A DNA stretch of 64,000 nucleotides from NCBI GenBank assembly GCA_035765895.1, contig DASTWL010000014.1, forward strand, positions 16,804 to 80,803, written 5' to 3'. The notes beneath the pieces were generated by a model. The model was given only the letters and a program-made list of their open reading frames with translations. It ran no database searches and was not told the DNA's origin. Source of the DNA: Verrucomicrobiia bacterium (GTDB lineage Bacteria > Verrucomicrobiota > Verrucomicrobiia > Limisphaerales > DSYF01). Both the position numbers and the translations under genes were made by a program. Below, piece by piece: positions 37,971 through 47,805 of the stretch (position 1 is its first letter; each line of letters begins with the position of its first letter).

Positions 37971-38080
37971 GTTGTGCCCGCCCTTTGGCGGACGCGCAAA
38001 ATAGGGGGTTTGACCCGGTTTGCAAAGCGGGGAAATGGCGCAGAATAAACGCTTAAGCGCACCATCAGCAGGCCCGCTTT

Positions 38081-39439
38081 TCAATGGGCGGCAGCCAGGT
38101 AATCACGAAACGCGTCGTAGTCTGTCGTCATGCGGTCGAAGTCCTCAGGCAACACCTCCAAAGCCGCCAACGACGGTGGGACTTCGGGCGTAAAGCCCAG
38201 CACCTTTTCGATCTCGGCGGGAAACTTCGCGGGATGCGCGGTCTCCAGGACCACTGCCGGCGCACCGGCCAGCGGTTCCGTGGCCAGGTAATCCCCAAAC
38301 CCATGCCAGCCCACCGCCCCGTGTGGCTCCAACAAAAGTTGATGCTTCTCCCACGCCAGCTTGAGGGTGGCGCGCGTCTGTTCATCGGAAACGGAACTGG
38401 AATACAAATCACACCGCATGGCTTCTAGGCTGGGTGCCCGGAGGATGGTGCCCGTTTCATCCATCTGCCCGCCGTAAACCGCAACCAGCCGCGCCAGGTT
38501 GCTCGGGTGCCCGACGTTCATCGCGTTTGAAAGGCAATTGCGCGACGGCTCGATCTTCGCATAGCCACCGGTGCCGAGGAAACGCGGGAACTCGTCATTG
38601 CCATTCACCGGCACCACGAGCTTTTTGACCGGCAATCCCATCCGGCCCGCGATGACCGCGCCCATCATGTTCCCGAAGTTCCCGCTGGGCACACAGATCA
38701 CGATCGGCTCGCCCGGTTTGGCCAGCCGTGATGCCGCGTAGAAGTAATAAACACTCTGCGGCAGCAGGCGGCCGATGTTGATGGAGTTGGCTGACGACAG
38801 CGGAATGTGCTGCAACGCCGGATCGGCAAAGGCGCGCTTCACCAGCGCCTGGCAATCGTCAAACTTTCCGTCCACCGCAATGCTGCGGATGTTGCCGCGC
38901 AGCGTGGTCATCTGCTTGCGCTGACGGTCGCTGACTTCGGCGATGGGAAACAACACGATGACACGAATGCCTTCCACGCCGTGAAACGCACTGGCCACGG
39001 CGGAGCCGGTGTCGCCACTCGTCGCGACGAGAATCGTCAATTGCTGTCCGGCTTCACGCACGAAGCGGCCGATGAGCCGGGCCATCATGCGCGCGGCAAA
39101 ATCCTTGAATGAGGCCGTCGGCCCCTGGTCCAGCCGCATCACCGCCACGCGGTCCAGCCCGCGCACCCGCTCCAGCGGCACTTCAAAGTCGTAGGCGTCC
39201 TGGCAGAGCTTTTCGAGCACGTGCGCGGGCAGCACGTCTTCGGTGTATTTGCCCAGCACGCGGAAGGCGATTTCGTGATAGGGCATCGTGCCGAACGCGG
39301 CCATCTCGGCCGGCGTGAACGGCGGGAAGGCATCTGGCAGATATAATCCCTTGTCCGGCGCCTGCCCTTGCAGCAGCGCCGTGCGCAAATCAACCGCCGG
39401 GGACCGGCCGTTCGTGCTGTGAAGAAGAATGGCAGCCAT
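38081..39439 (-). CDS. thrC: Threonine synthase
   Basis: PLP-lysine motif GPTASFKDFAARMM and SGDTGSAVASAF. Confidence 0.93.
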   Translation of the reverse strand: MAAILLHSTNGRSPAVDLRTALLQGQAPDKGLYLPDAFPPFTPAEMAAFGTMPYHEIAFRVLGKYTEDVLPAHVLEKLCQDAYDFEVPLERVRGLDRVAVMRLDQGPTASFKDFAARMMARLIGRFVREAGQQLTILVATSGDTGSAVASAFHGVEGIRVIVLFPIAEVSDRQRKQMTTLRGNIRSIAVDGKFDDCQALVKRAFADPALQHIPLSSANSINIGRLLPQSVYYFYAASRLAKPGEPIVICVPSGNFGNMMGAVIAGRMGLPVKKLVVPVNGNDEFPRFLGTGGYAKIEPSRNCLSNAMNVGHPSNLARLVAVYGGQMDETGTILRAPSLEAMRCDLYSSSVSDEQTRATLKLAWEKHQLLLEPHGAVGWHGFGDYLATEPLAGAPAVVLETAHPAKFPAEIEKVLGFTPEVPPSLAALEVLPEDFDRMTTDYDAFRDYLAAAH

Positions 39440-39450
39440 GAACCGCGCAA

Positions 39451-40773
39451 TTAGTCAAAACTTTCCACCCGCAGCATCACCGGTTTCGCCTTCACCACGG
39501 GCAGCTTCGCGATTTTCGTCAGGGCCTTTTGCATCGCGGCGTTGGGCGCGTCATGAATCATCAGAATCAGCGGCACCACTTCGCCCACGTGACCTTCCGG
39601 CTGAATGACCGACGCAATGCCAATCTTTGCCGCGCCCAGGATGGTTGAAATCTTCGCAATGACGCCCGGCTGATCGACGACGCTCAAACGCAGATAATAG
39701 CGCGACACCACGTCACCGATGGGCGCCACCGTGCCCTTGCGCTCGTAGGATGCGAACGGCGGCACGCGCAACGTGCCGTGCACCAGGTCGAGGGCCGCAT
39801 CCGCCAGATCGCTCAACACGGCGCTGGCGGTCGCATCCTTGCCCGCGCCGCGACCGTAATACAGCGTGTCGCCCACGGCGTCGCCGCGAACAAACACGGC
39901 ATTGAACACGCCATTCACGTTCGCGAGCACGTGGGCATTGGGAATGAGCGTCGGGTAAACCGAAACCTGAATCTGTTTGGCGCCTTTGGCTCTGCGTTCG
40001 CCGGCTTCCAGCGACTTCACGATGCCGAGCAGCTTGATGGTGTAGCCGAGCTGCTGCGCGAATTGCATGTCGAGTTTCGAGATGTGCCGGATGCCTTCCA
40101 CGTGAATCTGCTGCGGCCGCACCCAGAAACCGTGCGCCAGCGACGCGAGAATGCCGGTCTTGTGCTCGGCGTCGAAACCGTCAATGTCCAGGTCTGGCGG
40201 CGTCTCCGCGTAGCCCTGCCGTTGCGCGTCCGCCAGCACGTCGGCAAACTCCGCGCCCTCCTGCTTCATGCGTGTCAGGATGTAATTGCAGGTGCCGTTG
40301 ACGATGCCGTAGATGTGCGTGAAGCGGTTGCCCACGAGGGCTTCGCGGATGGTCTTGATGATGGGAATGCCACCCGCCACGCTCGCCTCGTAGTAGAGAT
40401 TCGTCCGGTTCGCTTTCGCCGCAGCGAACAATTCCTCGCCGTGCGCGGAGATCAGCGCCTTGTTGGCGGTGATGACCGGCTTGCCCTGCTTCAGCGCCGT
40501 CAGGACGATTTCCTTCGCAATGCCGGTGCCGCCGACGAGTTCGATGACCGCATGAATGTTCGGATCGTTGACGACTTCCTTCCAATCCGTGGTTAGCAGG
40601 GAGCGCGGGATGTCGTAGGGCCGCGGCTCGGTCAACGACTTCACGGCGACCTTGGTAATGGCAACCTGGACACCCAGGCGCGCGGCCATCAGGGCGCCGT
40701 TGTTTTGCCAGTGATGGAAAACGCCGCTGCCCACCGTTCCGCCCCCGATCATGCCAATGTTCACCTGCTGCAT
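39451..40773 (-). CDS. hom: Homoserine dehydrogenase (with C-terminal ACT domain)
   Basis: VNIGMIGGGTVGSGV, ITANKALI and YEASVAGGIPII. The start is set at the ATG at 40773. Confidence 0.93.
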   Translation of the reverse strand: MQQVNIGMIGGGTVGSGVFHHWQNNGALMAARLGVQVAITKVAVKSLTEPRPYDIPRSLLTTDWKEVVNDPNIHAVIELVGGTGIAKEIVLTALKQGKPVITANKALISAHGEELFAAAKANRTNLYYEASVAGGIPIIKTIREALVGNRFTHIYGIVNGTCNYILTRMKQEGAEFADVLADAQRQGYAETPPDLDIDGFDAEHKTGILASLAHGFWVRPQQIHVEGIRHISKLDMQFAQQLGYTIKLLGIVKSLEAGERRAKGAKQIQVSVYPTLIPNAHVLANVNGVFNAVFVRGDAVGDTLYYGRGAGKDATASAVLSDLADAALDLVHGTLRVPPFASYERKGTVAPIGDVVSRYYLRLSVVDQPGVIAKISTILGAAKIGIASVIQPEGHVGEVVPLILMIHDAPNAAMQKALTKIAKLPVVKAKPVMLRVESFD

Positions 40774-40905
40774 AGGGCGCGGAGAGTGCCGGGAAGCGCC
40801 CGCACGGACAATGCAATTTTGGAACCGGAATAAGTTCAAAAAAAGCCTTGGCCCGCCGCGACTGCATTGCCATTTTTTCAGAAAGGAGCACCCCCCAGAT
40901 CGACC

Positions 40906-43900
40906 ATGAACTTTTCACGTCCTGGCCTCATCGCCTGTCTCGCCCTGATCAATTTCGCTTTGTCAGCCCGGGGCGGCGTGGCGCCCAGCATCATCAGCGG
41001 TCCCGTCGGCCGCGTCGCGCCCGCCGGCACAAACATCGCATTCAGCGTAACCGCCGACGGGACGGCTCCCCTGCTCTATCAATGGTATTTCAACAGCAAC
41101 GCCATCCCGGATGAGACAAATGCCACGTTGCTTTTGACCAATGTGCAATCGGCCAATGCCGGGCCGTATTTCGTGACGGTGTCGAACGATTTCGGCGCCA
41201 CCAACAGCGGCGTCGCGAATTTGGTGGTGAACAACGCCGCGCCGATTTTCTGGTCACAGCCGCAAGGCATGTCAACGTGGCCGGGATCTGCCGCGCTGCT
41301 CTCCGCGGGTTATGTTGGCAGCACACCGCTGACGCTTCAGTGGCGTTTGAACGGGGTCGATTTGCCGGGCGCGACGAACGCGGCCCTGGCCCTGCCCAAC
41401 GTGCAATTCAGCGACGGTGGCAGTTATGTGCTGCTGGCGTCCAACGCCTACGGCACCCGGCTTACCACACCGGCGCCGTTGAACGTCGCGGAATTGGCTG
41501 CCTGGGGCGCCGGCGCGGCCAGCGTCGTCACCCTGACCAACTACGGGCAGAGCTTCCCGCCCAACGGCCTGAGCAACCTGCTGGCCGTGGCGGCCGGCGG
41601 CTGGCACAGCCTCGCGTTGCTGCCCAATGGCCGGGTGGCAGCGTGGGGCTACAACAACGTCGGCCAGATCAACAACTTCATTCCCGCGACCAACGTGGCC
41701 GCCATTGCCGCCGGCTGGGAACACAACCTGGTTCTGCGCAGCAACGGCACGCTGGCGGCCTGGGGTTACACGGCCTACAGCCTGACGCAAATCACCGCCG
41801 CCATGACGAACGTCGCCGCCATTGCAGCCGGCTGGTTGCACAACGTCGCCGTTCGCAGCAACACCACCGTGTTTGCCTGGGGATTAAATGCGTATGGCCA
41901 GACGAATGTCCCGCCGGGCTTGAGCAACGTCGTGGCGGTGGCCGCCGGCTACGGTCACAGCCTGGCCTTGAAAGCCGACGGCCAAGTGGTCGCCTGGGGA
42001 CTCAACACCAGCGGGCAAACCAACGTGCCGGCGGATTTGAGCGATGTGGTGGCGATTGCGGCCGGAGCCTCCAACAGCCTCGCCTTGACGGTGGACGGCA
42101 CCGTCGTCGCGTGGGGCGCCAACGACTACGGGCAAAGCACGGTGCCCGCCGGACTGAGCAACGTCATTGCCATCGCGGCCGGCGGCGCCCATGCGCTCGC
42201 CCTCCAAAATGACGGCACAACGGTGGCCTGGGGGCTGGACAATCATCAACAGGCAACGGTGCCCGCCAGCCTGCCGACGGTGGCGGGAATTGCTGCCGGC
42301 CAGTTTCACAGCCTAGGTCTGCTCACGGACAATTCGCCTCACTTTGTGCGCCGGCCATTGGATCATCTCGGCTATGAAAACAATCCCGCCTACCTGAGCG
42401 CGGCCGCCTGCGGGCTCGCACCGCTGCACTATCAATGGCTCCGCGGCGTAACAGCCGTTGAAGGAGCAACGAACGCCACCCTGAGTCTGGCCAGCGCGCA
42501 ACTCGGCGACACGGGAACCTACCAACTGGTGGTCACCAACGATCTGGGCGCCATCACCAGCACACCGGTCGCATTGACGATTCTTTCGTCCCGGCCCTAC
42601 TTCGTCATCCAGCCGACCAATTACGTCACCCTCGCCGGAACCAATGCGACCTTTTCGGCTTTGGCCACCAGCCCTTGGGGCAGCAGCTATCAATGGCAAT
42701 TCAACGGCGCGAATCTCCCGAATGAGACCAACGCCACGCTGACCCTCGTCAACGTGCAACTGGTCAACGAGGGCTCCTACTCGGTCGTGGCCAGCAACCT
42801 CAACGGCAGCATCACGAGTTCGAACGCCTACCTCGACGTCCTCACGCTGCCGGAGGCGCTGAACGCCACAAACCTGACTTGGAACACCTTTGGCGACGTG
42901 CTTTGGAAGCCCGCATTTTCGCCGGCCTACGCCAATCCCGGCGTCGGCCTGTGCGGTCCGCTGACGCCCACGCAGCAAGGCTTCTTGCAGACAACGGTCG
43001 TCGGCCCCGGCACGTTGAGTTTCGCGTGGCAGGCGCCGGTTTACGCCAACTTGAATTTCGAACTCGACGGTCTCCAACAGGGTTTTGTTCAGATGAGTTC
43101 AACGTGGCAGCCGCGGACGTATTATCTCTCCGCGGGCTCGCACGTTCTGACCTGGATTGCCTCCCTGTCCTTCACCCCGTTCGGCTCGGGGTATGGCTAT
43201 CTGGACGCGGTCACGTTCACACCCGGAGCCACGCCCGTGACGCTCACGGCACAGCCCGCCAGCAAAACATTGCCCGCCGGAACCAATGCGATTTTCAGCG
43301 TGGGCGCCGCGGGCACTCCGCCCTTGAGCTACCAATGGAGTTTCAACGGCACCAATCTGCCCGGTGCCACCGGAGCTTCGCTGGCCCTCCATGACATTCA
43401 GGCCGGCGCCACCGGCACCTACCGCGTAACCGTCAGTAATGACTACGGTGGACAATCGAGCACCAACTTTTCGCTCGTCGTTACGCCAGCCGCGCCCGTT
43501 CTGTTGACCCAGCCAATCGCCCAGCAGATGCTGGTGGGCGGCGCGGTGCTGTTTAGTGGCACGGCCCAAGGCACCCAGCCCATCACCTACCAATGGCGCC
43601 GGAACGGCGTTGATCTGCCGGGCGCCACGAACACCTTGCTGATGCTTGCAGACGTGCAACTGACAGACGCGGCGGATTACTCCTTGTCGGCCAGCAACGT
43701 GATCGCCGAAACAGTCAGTTCCAATGCCTGCCTGTTCGTTTACGAACTGCCTGACTTGGTCTCCGCCTTGGGCGGAACCGGCATCACGTGGAGCACCGAC
43801 ACCAACGCGCCCTGGTTTCCTCAAACCAACGTGACGCATGACGGCGTGCTGGCTGGTCAAAGCGGCGCGCTGGCGACAAACAGTCAGTCGTCCGTGCTCA

Positions 43901-45969
43901 CGGGCGTCGTCAACGGTCCTGCAACCGTCACGTTCTGGTGGAAGGTATCCTGCGACAGTTTCTGGAGCGGCCTGAGTTTCCTGGTCAACGGCGTCGGCCA
44001 GGCAACCATCGCCGGCGACGTGGATTGGCAGCCGCAATCCTTTTTGATCGGTCCCGGCCCGCAAACCCTGCAATGGAACCTGACCCGCGGCACATTCGGG
44101 AGCGCCACGGATCGCGGTTGGGTGGACGAAGTCGAGATCACGCCGGGCTGGGTTCCCGTGGCCTTGACGGCCCAGCCCAGCAACTTCACCGCCATGGCGG
44201 GCAACGCGGTAACGTTTGGCGTTGCCGCCACGGGCACCCCGCCGCTGCGTTACCAATGGCAGTTTGAAGGAGCCAGCCTTGCGAATGCCACCAATGCCAC
44301 GCTCACGCTCGTCAATGTTCAGTCCAACAACATCGGCAATTATTCCGTGGTGGTGAGCAACGATTACAGCGGAGCCACCAGCACCAACGCCCTGCTCTCC
44401 GTGTCGTCCTCCGGCCCGGTCCTCACCGCCCAGCCCGCGGACCGCCTCACCACGTTCAACAACACGACCACCTTCTCCGTGGGCGTCAAAGGCTCAAACC
44501 CGCTCCGCTACCAGTGGTTGTTCAACAGCAATGCGATTGCTGACGCCACCAACGCGTCGCTGGTGCTGACCGGCCTGCAACCGGCCAATGTCGGCGACTA
44601 CCGGGTCGTTGTCTCCAATGAATTCGGCAGCGTCACCACCTCAAATGCGCACCTGAACCTGGCCCGGATGGTTGTGCTGGATTTTCTGCCGACTCCTCTA
44701 AACACGCGGCCCACCCCGGCCGATCTCACCAACCTCATTGCCATCGCCGCCGGAACGGGACATTCACTGGCCCTGCGGGACGACGGCACCGTGACGGCGT
44801 GGGGCAACAACACCTTTGGGCAAACCAATATTCCGACGGGTCTGGCCGACGTTGTCGCCATTGCCGCCGGCTCGTCCCACAACGTTGCCTTGAAGGCGGA
44901 CGGCACGGTGGTCGCGTGGGGCGACAACACTTATGGGCAGACGATGGTTCCACCCGGCTTGAGCGGCGTCAGGGCCATTGCCGGCGCTTCGAGTTACAAT
45001 CTTGCCTTGAAGGACGATGGAACGGTCGTGGGCTGGGGACAGAACAACTACGGTCAGTTGAACATTCCCCCGGGCTTGAGCAACGTCGTGGCGATTGCCG
45101 CCGGCAATTTCAACGGCGCGGCGGTCAAGCTGGACGGCAAAGTTGTTGTCTGGGGTCAGAACCCCTACGGCCAGGGCGTGCCCCAAGCCGGGATCAGCAA
45201 CGTCGTCGGTGTGGCCCTCAGCGGCAGCCGGGGCTGGGGACTGTTTCAGGATGCAAGCGTGAGCGGCTGGGGTTTTGCCGCCTTCAACAATTGGGAGAAC
45301 ATCGCCGCCCTAAGCGCCACCGGCAACGACCCCTCCACGGATTACGTTGTCCTGCTGACCTACGACGGAACGATAATCCAAAGTTCGACCTTCCATTACA
45401 ACCTGCCCGCCATCACCGGCAGTCTGCAAAATGCCGTGGCCATCGCGGCCAGTCCGAATCAAGCCCTCGTTGTGCTCAACGACGGCACGCCGTTTCTGGC
45501 CAGTCGCCTGCACGATCGCGCCGTGCTCTCGGGCGCCACGACCGTTTTCGCGTCGGGGGTTGTGGGCGCCAAACCCCTTTTTCACCAATGGCAGTTCAAC
45601 CAGGGAAACATCCCGGGGGCAACCAACAATCTCCTGATCCTCACCAATACGCCGCTCACCGCCAGCGGGGACTATCGTTGCGTGGTCAGCAACGCGTTGG
45701 GCAGCCTGACCACCCCTACGGCACACTTGACGGTGATACGCTCCACGCCCCGGATTGCGTCCGCTTCCTCGGGCTTCACCACGAACGGTGCCTTCGCACT
45801 TTCTTTGAGTGGGCTTTCCGGACACGGCAACATCATCTTGTTCACGTCAACGAATCTGACCGATTGGCAGCCGATTCTCACCAACCCGCCCGTGCTGGGC
45901 TCCCTGCTGCTCGCCGATCCCAGCACGACAAACGTCCCGGTGAAGTTTTACCGGATCGAAGAGGAATAA
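40906..45969 (+). CDS. Giant secreted protein: multiple Ig (I-set-like) domains, two RCC1-like beta-propeller repeat blocks, two copies of an unnamed module of about 125-135 aa, terminal FYR-type module
   Basis: Signal peptide MNFSRPGLIACLALINFALSARG. Ig motifs recur as PLxYQWxFNGxxLPGATNAxLxLxNVQxxDxGxYxVVVSN. RCC1-type repeats such as VVAWGxNxxGQTNVPxGLSNVVAIAAGxxHSLAL occupy about 41490-42325 and 44730-45300. The duplicated modules are 42847-43228 and 43747-44148. Ends VKFYRIEEE. Confidence 0.85.
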   Translation: MNFSRPGLIACLALINFALSARGGVAPSIISGPVGRVAPAGTNIAFSVTADGTAPLLYQWYFNSNAIPDETNATLLLTNVQSANAGPYFVTVSNDFGATNSGVANLVVNNAAPIFWSQPQGMSTWPGSAALLSAGYVGSTPLTLQWRLNGVDLPGATNAALALPNVQFSDGGSYVLLASNAYGTRLTTPAPLNVAELAAWGAGAASVVTLTNYGQSFPPNGLSNLLAVAAGGWHSLALLPNGRVAAWGYNNVGQINNFIPATNVAAIAAGWEHNLVLRSNGTLAAWGYTAYSLTQITAAMTNVAAIAAGWLHNVAVRSNTTVFAWGLNAYGQTNVPPGLSNVVAVAAGYGHSLALKADGQVVAWGLNTSGQTNVPADLSDVVAIAAGASNSLALTVDGTVVAWGANDYGQSTVPAGLSNVIAIAAGGAHALALQNDGTTVAWGLDNHQQATVPASLPTVAGIAAGQFHSLGLLTDNSPHFVRRPLDHLGYENNPAYLSAAACGLAPLHYQWLRGVTAVEGATNATLSLASAQLGDTGTYQLVVTNDLGAITSTPVALTILSSRPYFVIQPTNYVTLAGTNATFSALATSPWGSSYQWQFNGANLPNETNATLTLVNVQLVNEGSYSVVASNLNGSITSSNAYLDVLTLPEALNATNLTWNTFGDVLWKPAFSPAYANPGVGLCGPLTPTQQGFLQTTVVGPGTLSFAWQAPVYANLNFELDGLQQGFVQMSSTWQPRTYYLSAGSHVLTWIASLSFTPFGSGYGYLDAVTFTPGATPVTLTAQPASKTLPAGTNAIFSVGAAGTPPLSYQWSFNGTNLPGATGASLALHDIQAGATGTYRVTVSNDYGGQSSTNFSLVVTPAAPVLLTQPIAQQMLVGGAVLFSGTAQGTQPITYQWRRNGVDLPGATNTLLMLADVQLTDAADYSLSASNVIAETVSSNACLFVYELPDLVSALGGTGITWSTDTNAPWFPQTNVTHDGVLAGQSGALATNSQSSVLTGVVNGPATVTFWWKVSCDSFWSGLSFLVNGVGQATIAGDVDWQPQSFLIGPGPQTLQWNLTRGTFGSATDRGWVDEVEITPGWVPVALTAQPSNFTAMAGNAVTFGVAATGTPPLRYQWQFEGASLANATNATLTLVNVQSNNIGNYSVVVSNDYSGATSTNALLSVSSSGPVLTAQPADRLTTFNNTTTFSVGVKGSNPLRYQWLFNSNAIADATNASLVLTGLQPANVGDYRVVVSNEFGSVTTSNAHLNLARMVVLDFLPTPLNTRPTPADLTNLIAIAAGTGHSLALRDDGTVTAWGNNTFGQTNIPTGLADVVAIAAGSSHNVALKADGTVVAWGDNTYGQTMVPPGLSGVRAIAGASSYNLALKDDGTVVGWGQNNYGQLNIPPGLSNVVAIAAGNFNGAAVKLDGKVVVWGQNPYGQGVPQAGISNVVGVALSGSRGWGLFQDASVSGWGFAAFNNWENIAALSATGNDPSTDYVVLLTYDGTIIQSSTFHYNLPAITGSLQNAVAIAASPNQALVVLNDGTPFLASRLHDRAVLSGATTVFASGVVGAKPLFHQWQFNQGNIPGATNNLLILTNTPLTASGDYRCVVSNALGSLTTPTAHLTVIRSTPRIASASSGFTTNGAFALSLSGLSGHGNIILFTSTNLTDWQPILTNPPVLGSLLLADPSTTNVPVKFYRIEEE

Positions 45970-46122
45970 CCGATCTAATCGGGGATGTTGGCGGTGCTGC
46001 GGCTCTCTTTGCTGCCCGGCGCGGCAGGCGCCGGGACCATGCAATCCGAGGCCGGCTCCCCAACCCGAAACCACCTTCAGCCGGGCGCATCAAAACAGCG
46101 CTCAGACCATCGGCTGAACGTC

Positions 46123-47277
46123 TCAGTGTAGAATCAGCCCCACCACCGCGCCGCCGAGGACGAGCCATGTGGGATTGATCCGCTGAAACGATAAAATCGT
46201 CAGGCTGACGGCACTCAAAAGGACAGTTGGGCCGTCCACCAGTGAGGACCGGCCCAGGTGCCATGTGACCACCGCCATCAACGCCAGCGATGCCACGTTC
46301 AGGCCGTCGAGAAAATGTCCGGCGCCGGGCGAACGCCGCAACCGCGGCACGAACGGCCCGCTGACCGCCACGAAGAAAAACGCGGGCAGAAAAATTCCCA
46401 CCGTGGCCACCGCCGCGCCGGGCGCACCCGCAAGCACCCACCCAATGAAGGTCGCCGTCGTGAACACCGGCCCCGGGGTGATCTGTCCCACGGCGATGGC
46501 ATCAAGCAACTGGCTGTCGGTGAGCCAATGCCAGCGGTCCACCAAATCCGCCCGCAAAAAGGCGAGCAACACATAACCGCTGCCGAACAGCACGGAGCCC
46601 ACCTTGAGGAAGAAGCAGAACATTGACCCGAGCCCGAAGGCGGCTGAACTGGCCGCCGTCCCACCGGCGGAAGCCGGCCAGGCCAGCGCCAGCCAGGGCG
46701 CCGCGCCAGCGCGGGACAGCTTCCGCGGCCATGGCCGCGCCAGCGCCACCAGCGCGCCGGCTCCAAAGAGCACGATGAGTTCGTTGGCGCCGCAAAAATT
46801 GAGAATCGCCGCGGCGAGCCCCACCACGGCGAGCAGCTTCGTTTTCACCGCGGTCCGCCCCAGCCGCCACAACGCCTGCAACACAATCACGATGATGACG
46901 GGTTTGACCCCATAAAGGAGTCCCCCGGCTTCCGGCAACCGGCCGAACTGCACGTAAGCCCAGGCAATCAGGCTGACCATCAGCGCCGCCGGCAAAATGA
47001 AACAGACGCCCGCCACGAGGAGTCCCGGCCAGCCGGCGCGCCGGTGCCCGATGTGGATGGCCAGTTCGGTTGAGTTCGGACCGGGAATGAGATTCGTGGC
47101 GCCCAGGAGATCGAGAAATTCTGCGTGCGTCAGCCAGGCCCGCCGGCGCACCACCTCATCCTCCATCATGGCGATATGCGCCGCCGGTCCGCCAAACGCG
47201 GTGGTGCCCAGTTTCAGAAACAACCGCGCCAGTTCGCCCAACCGGCCGGCGCGATCGCGATCTGCCGCCTCGCTCAC
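46123..47277 (-). CDS. chrA: Chromate transporter ChrA (two fused CHR halves)
   Basis: FLKLGTTAFGGPAAHIAMMEDEVV..NLIPGPNSTELAIHIG, and a second half FLKVGSVLFGSGYVLLAFL..GQITPGPVFTTATFIG. The GTG at 47277 gives a GTGA overlap with the upstream stop. The ATG alternative at 47343 would overlap the upstream gene by 70 nt. Confidence 0.88.
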   Translation of the reverse strand: MSEAADRDRAGRLGELARLFLKLGTTAFGGPAAHIAMMEDEVVRRRAWLTHAEFLDLLGATNLIPGPNSTELAIHIGHRRAGWPGLLVAGVCFILPAALMVSLIAWAYVQFGRLPEAGGLLYGVKPVIIVIVLQALWRLGRTAVKTKLLAVVGLAAAILNFCGANELIVLFGAGALVALARPWPRKLSRAGAAPWLALAWPASAGGTAASSAAFGLGSMFCFFLKVGSVLFGSGYVLLAFLRADLVDRWHWLTDSQLLDAIAVGQITPGPVFTTATFIGWVLAGAPGAAVATVGIFLPAFFFVAVSGPFVPRLRRSPGAGHFLDGLNVASLALMAVVTWHLGRSSLVDGPTVLLSAVSLTILSFQRINPTWLVLGGAVVGLILH

Positions 47278-47801
47278 GGGAGGGCAGCCGCCGGCGGCAG
47301 CACCAGCACCTGCGCGCTCATGGCCGGCTGATGCATGGCGCACACGAGGTTGAACAGCCCTTCCTCGTGGAAGGTGAAGATGTAGGAGGTTTCCTTCAAC
47401 GGCGGCAGCAACTGACTCAACAGCACCTTGCCGTGCGGATCAATCAGCATGAAGTCGTGATTGTCGTCGGGCTGGAGATTCCAGAAGCGGATTTGCGTCG
47501 GCTCGTCCCGCTGCACCGCGAAAAAGGCCGGCGAAAAGGCATAGACTTCCCCGAATTTTTCGAGGCTTTCCTTGGCTGCGTTCTCCTTCACGGCCACCGC
47601 CTGCGTCTGCACCACGATGCTGGCGCGCGACACGCCGTTCGTCGTCACGGTCACCACCCGCGCGGCTTCGGCGTTGGGCAGATAAAATGACGCCATGTCC
47701 AGCGGATGCTGCAGGTTGCCCATCGGTTCTCGCGGGGAACTGGCACAGCCGTTCAGCAACCCAACCGCCACCAACATCGTGAGACCAGGGATGATTTTCA
47801 T
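47274..47801 (-). CDS. Cupredoxin-like lipoprotein (putative type-1 copper site)
   Basis: Lipobox MKIIPGLTMLVAVGLLNGC. C-terminal HDFML..GLFNLVCAMHQPAM supplies His, Cys-x2-His-x3-Met ligand spacing like amicyanin or plastocyanin. Confidence 0.65.
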   Translation of the reverse strand: MKIIPGLTMLVAVGLLNGCASSPREPMGNLQHPLDMASFYLPNAEAARVVTVTTNGVSRASIVVQTQAVAVKENAAKESLEKFGEVYAFSPAFFAVQRDEPTQIRFWNLQPDDNHDFMLIDPHGKVLLSQLLPPLKETSYIFTFHEEGLFNLVCAMHQPAMSAQVLVLPPAAALP

Positions 47802-47805
47802 GAGT

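Noticed and set aside
40181-40918. 245-aa minus-strand ORF overlapping hom
   Set aside because: It is an alternative frame of the homoserine dehydrogenase gene with Arg/Gly/His-rich composition and no independent support.
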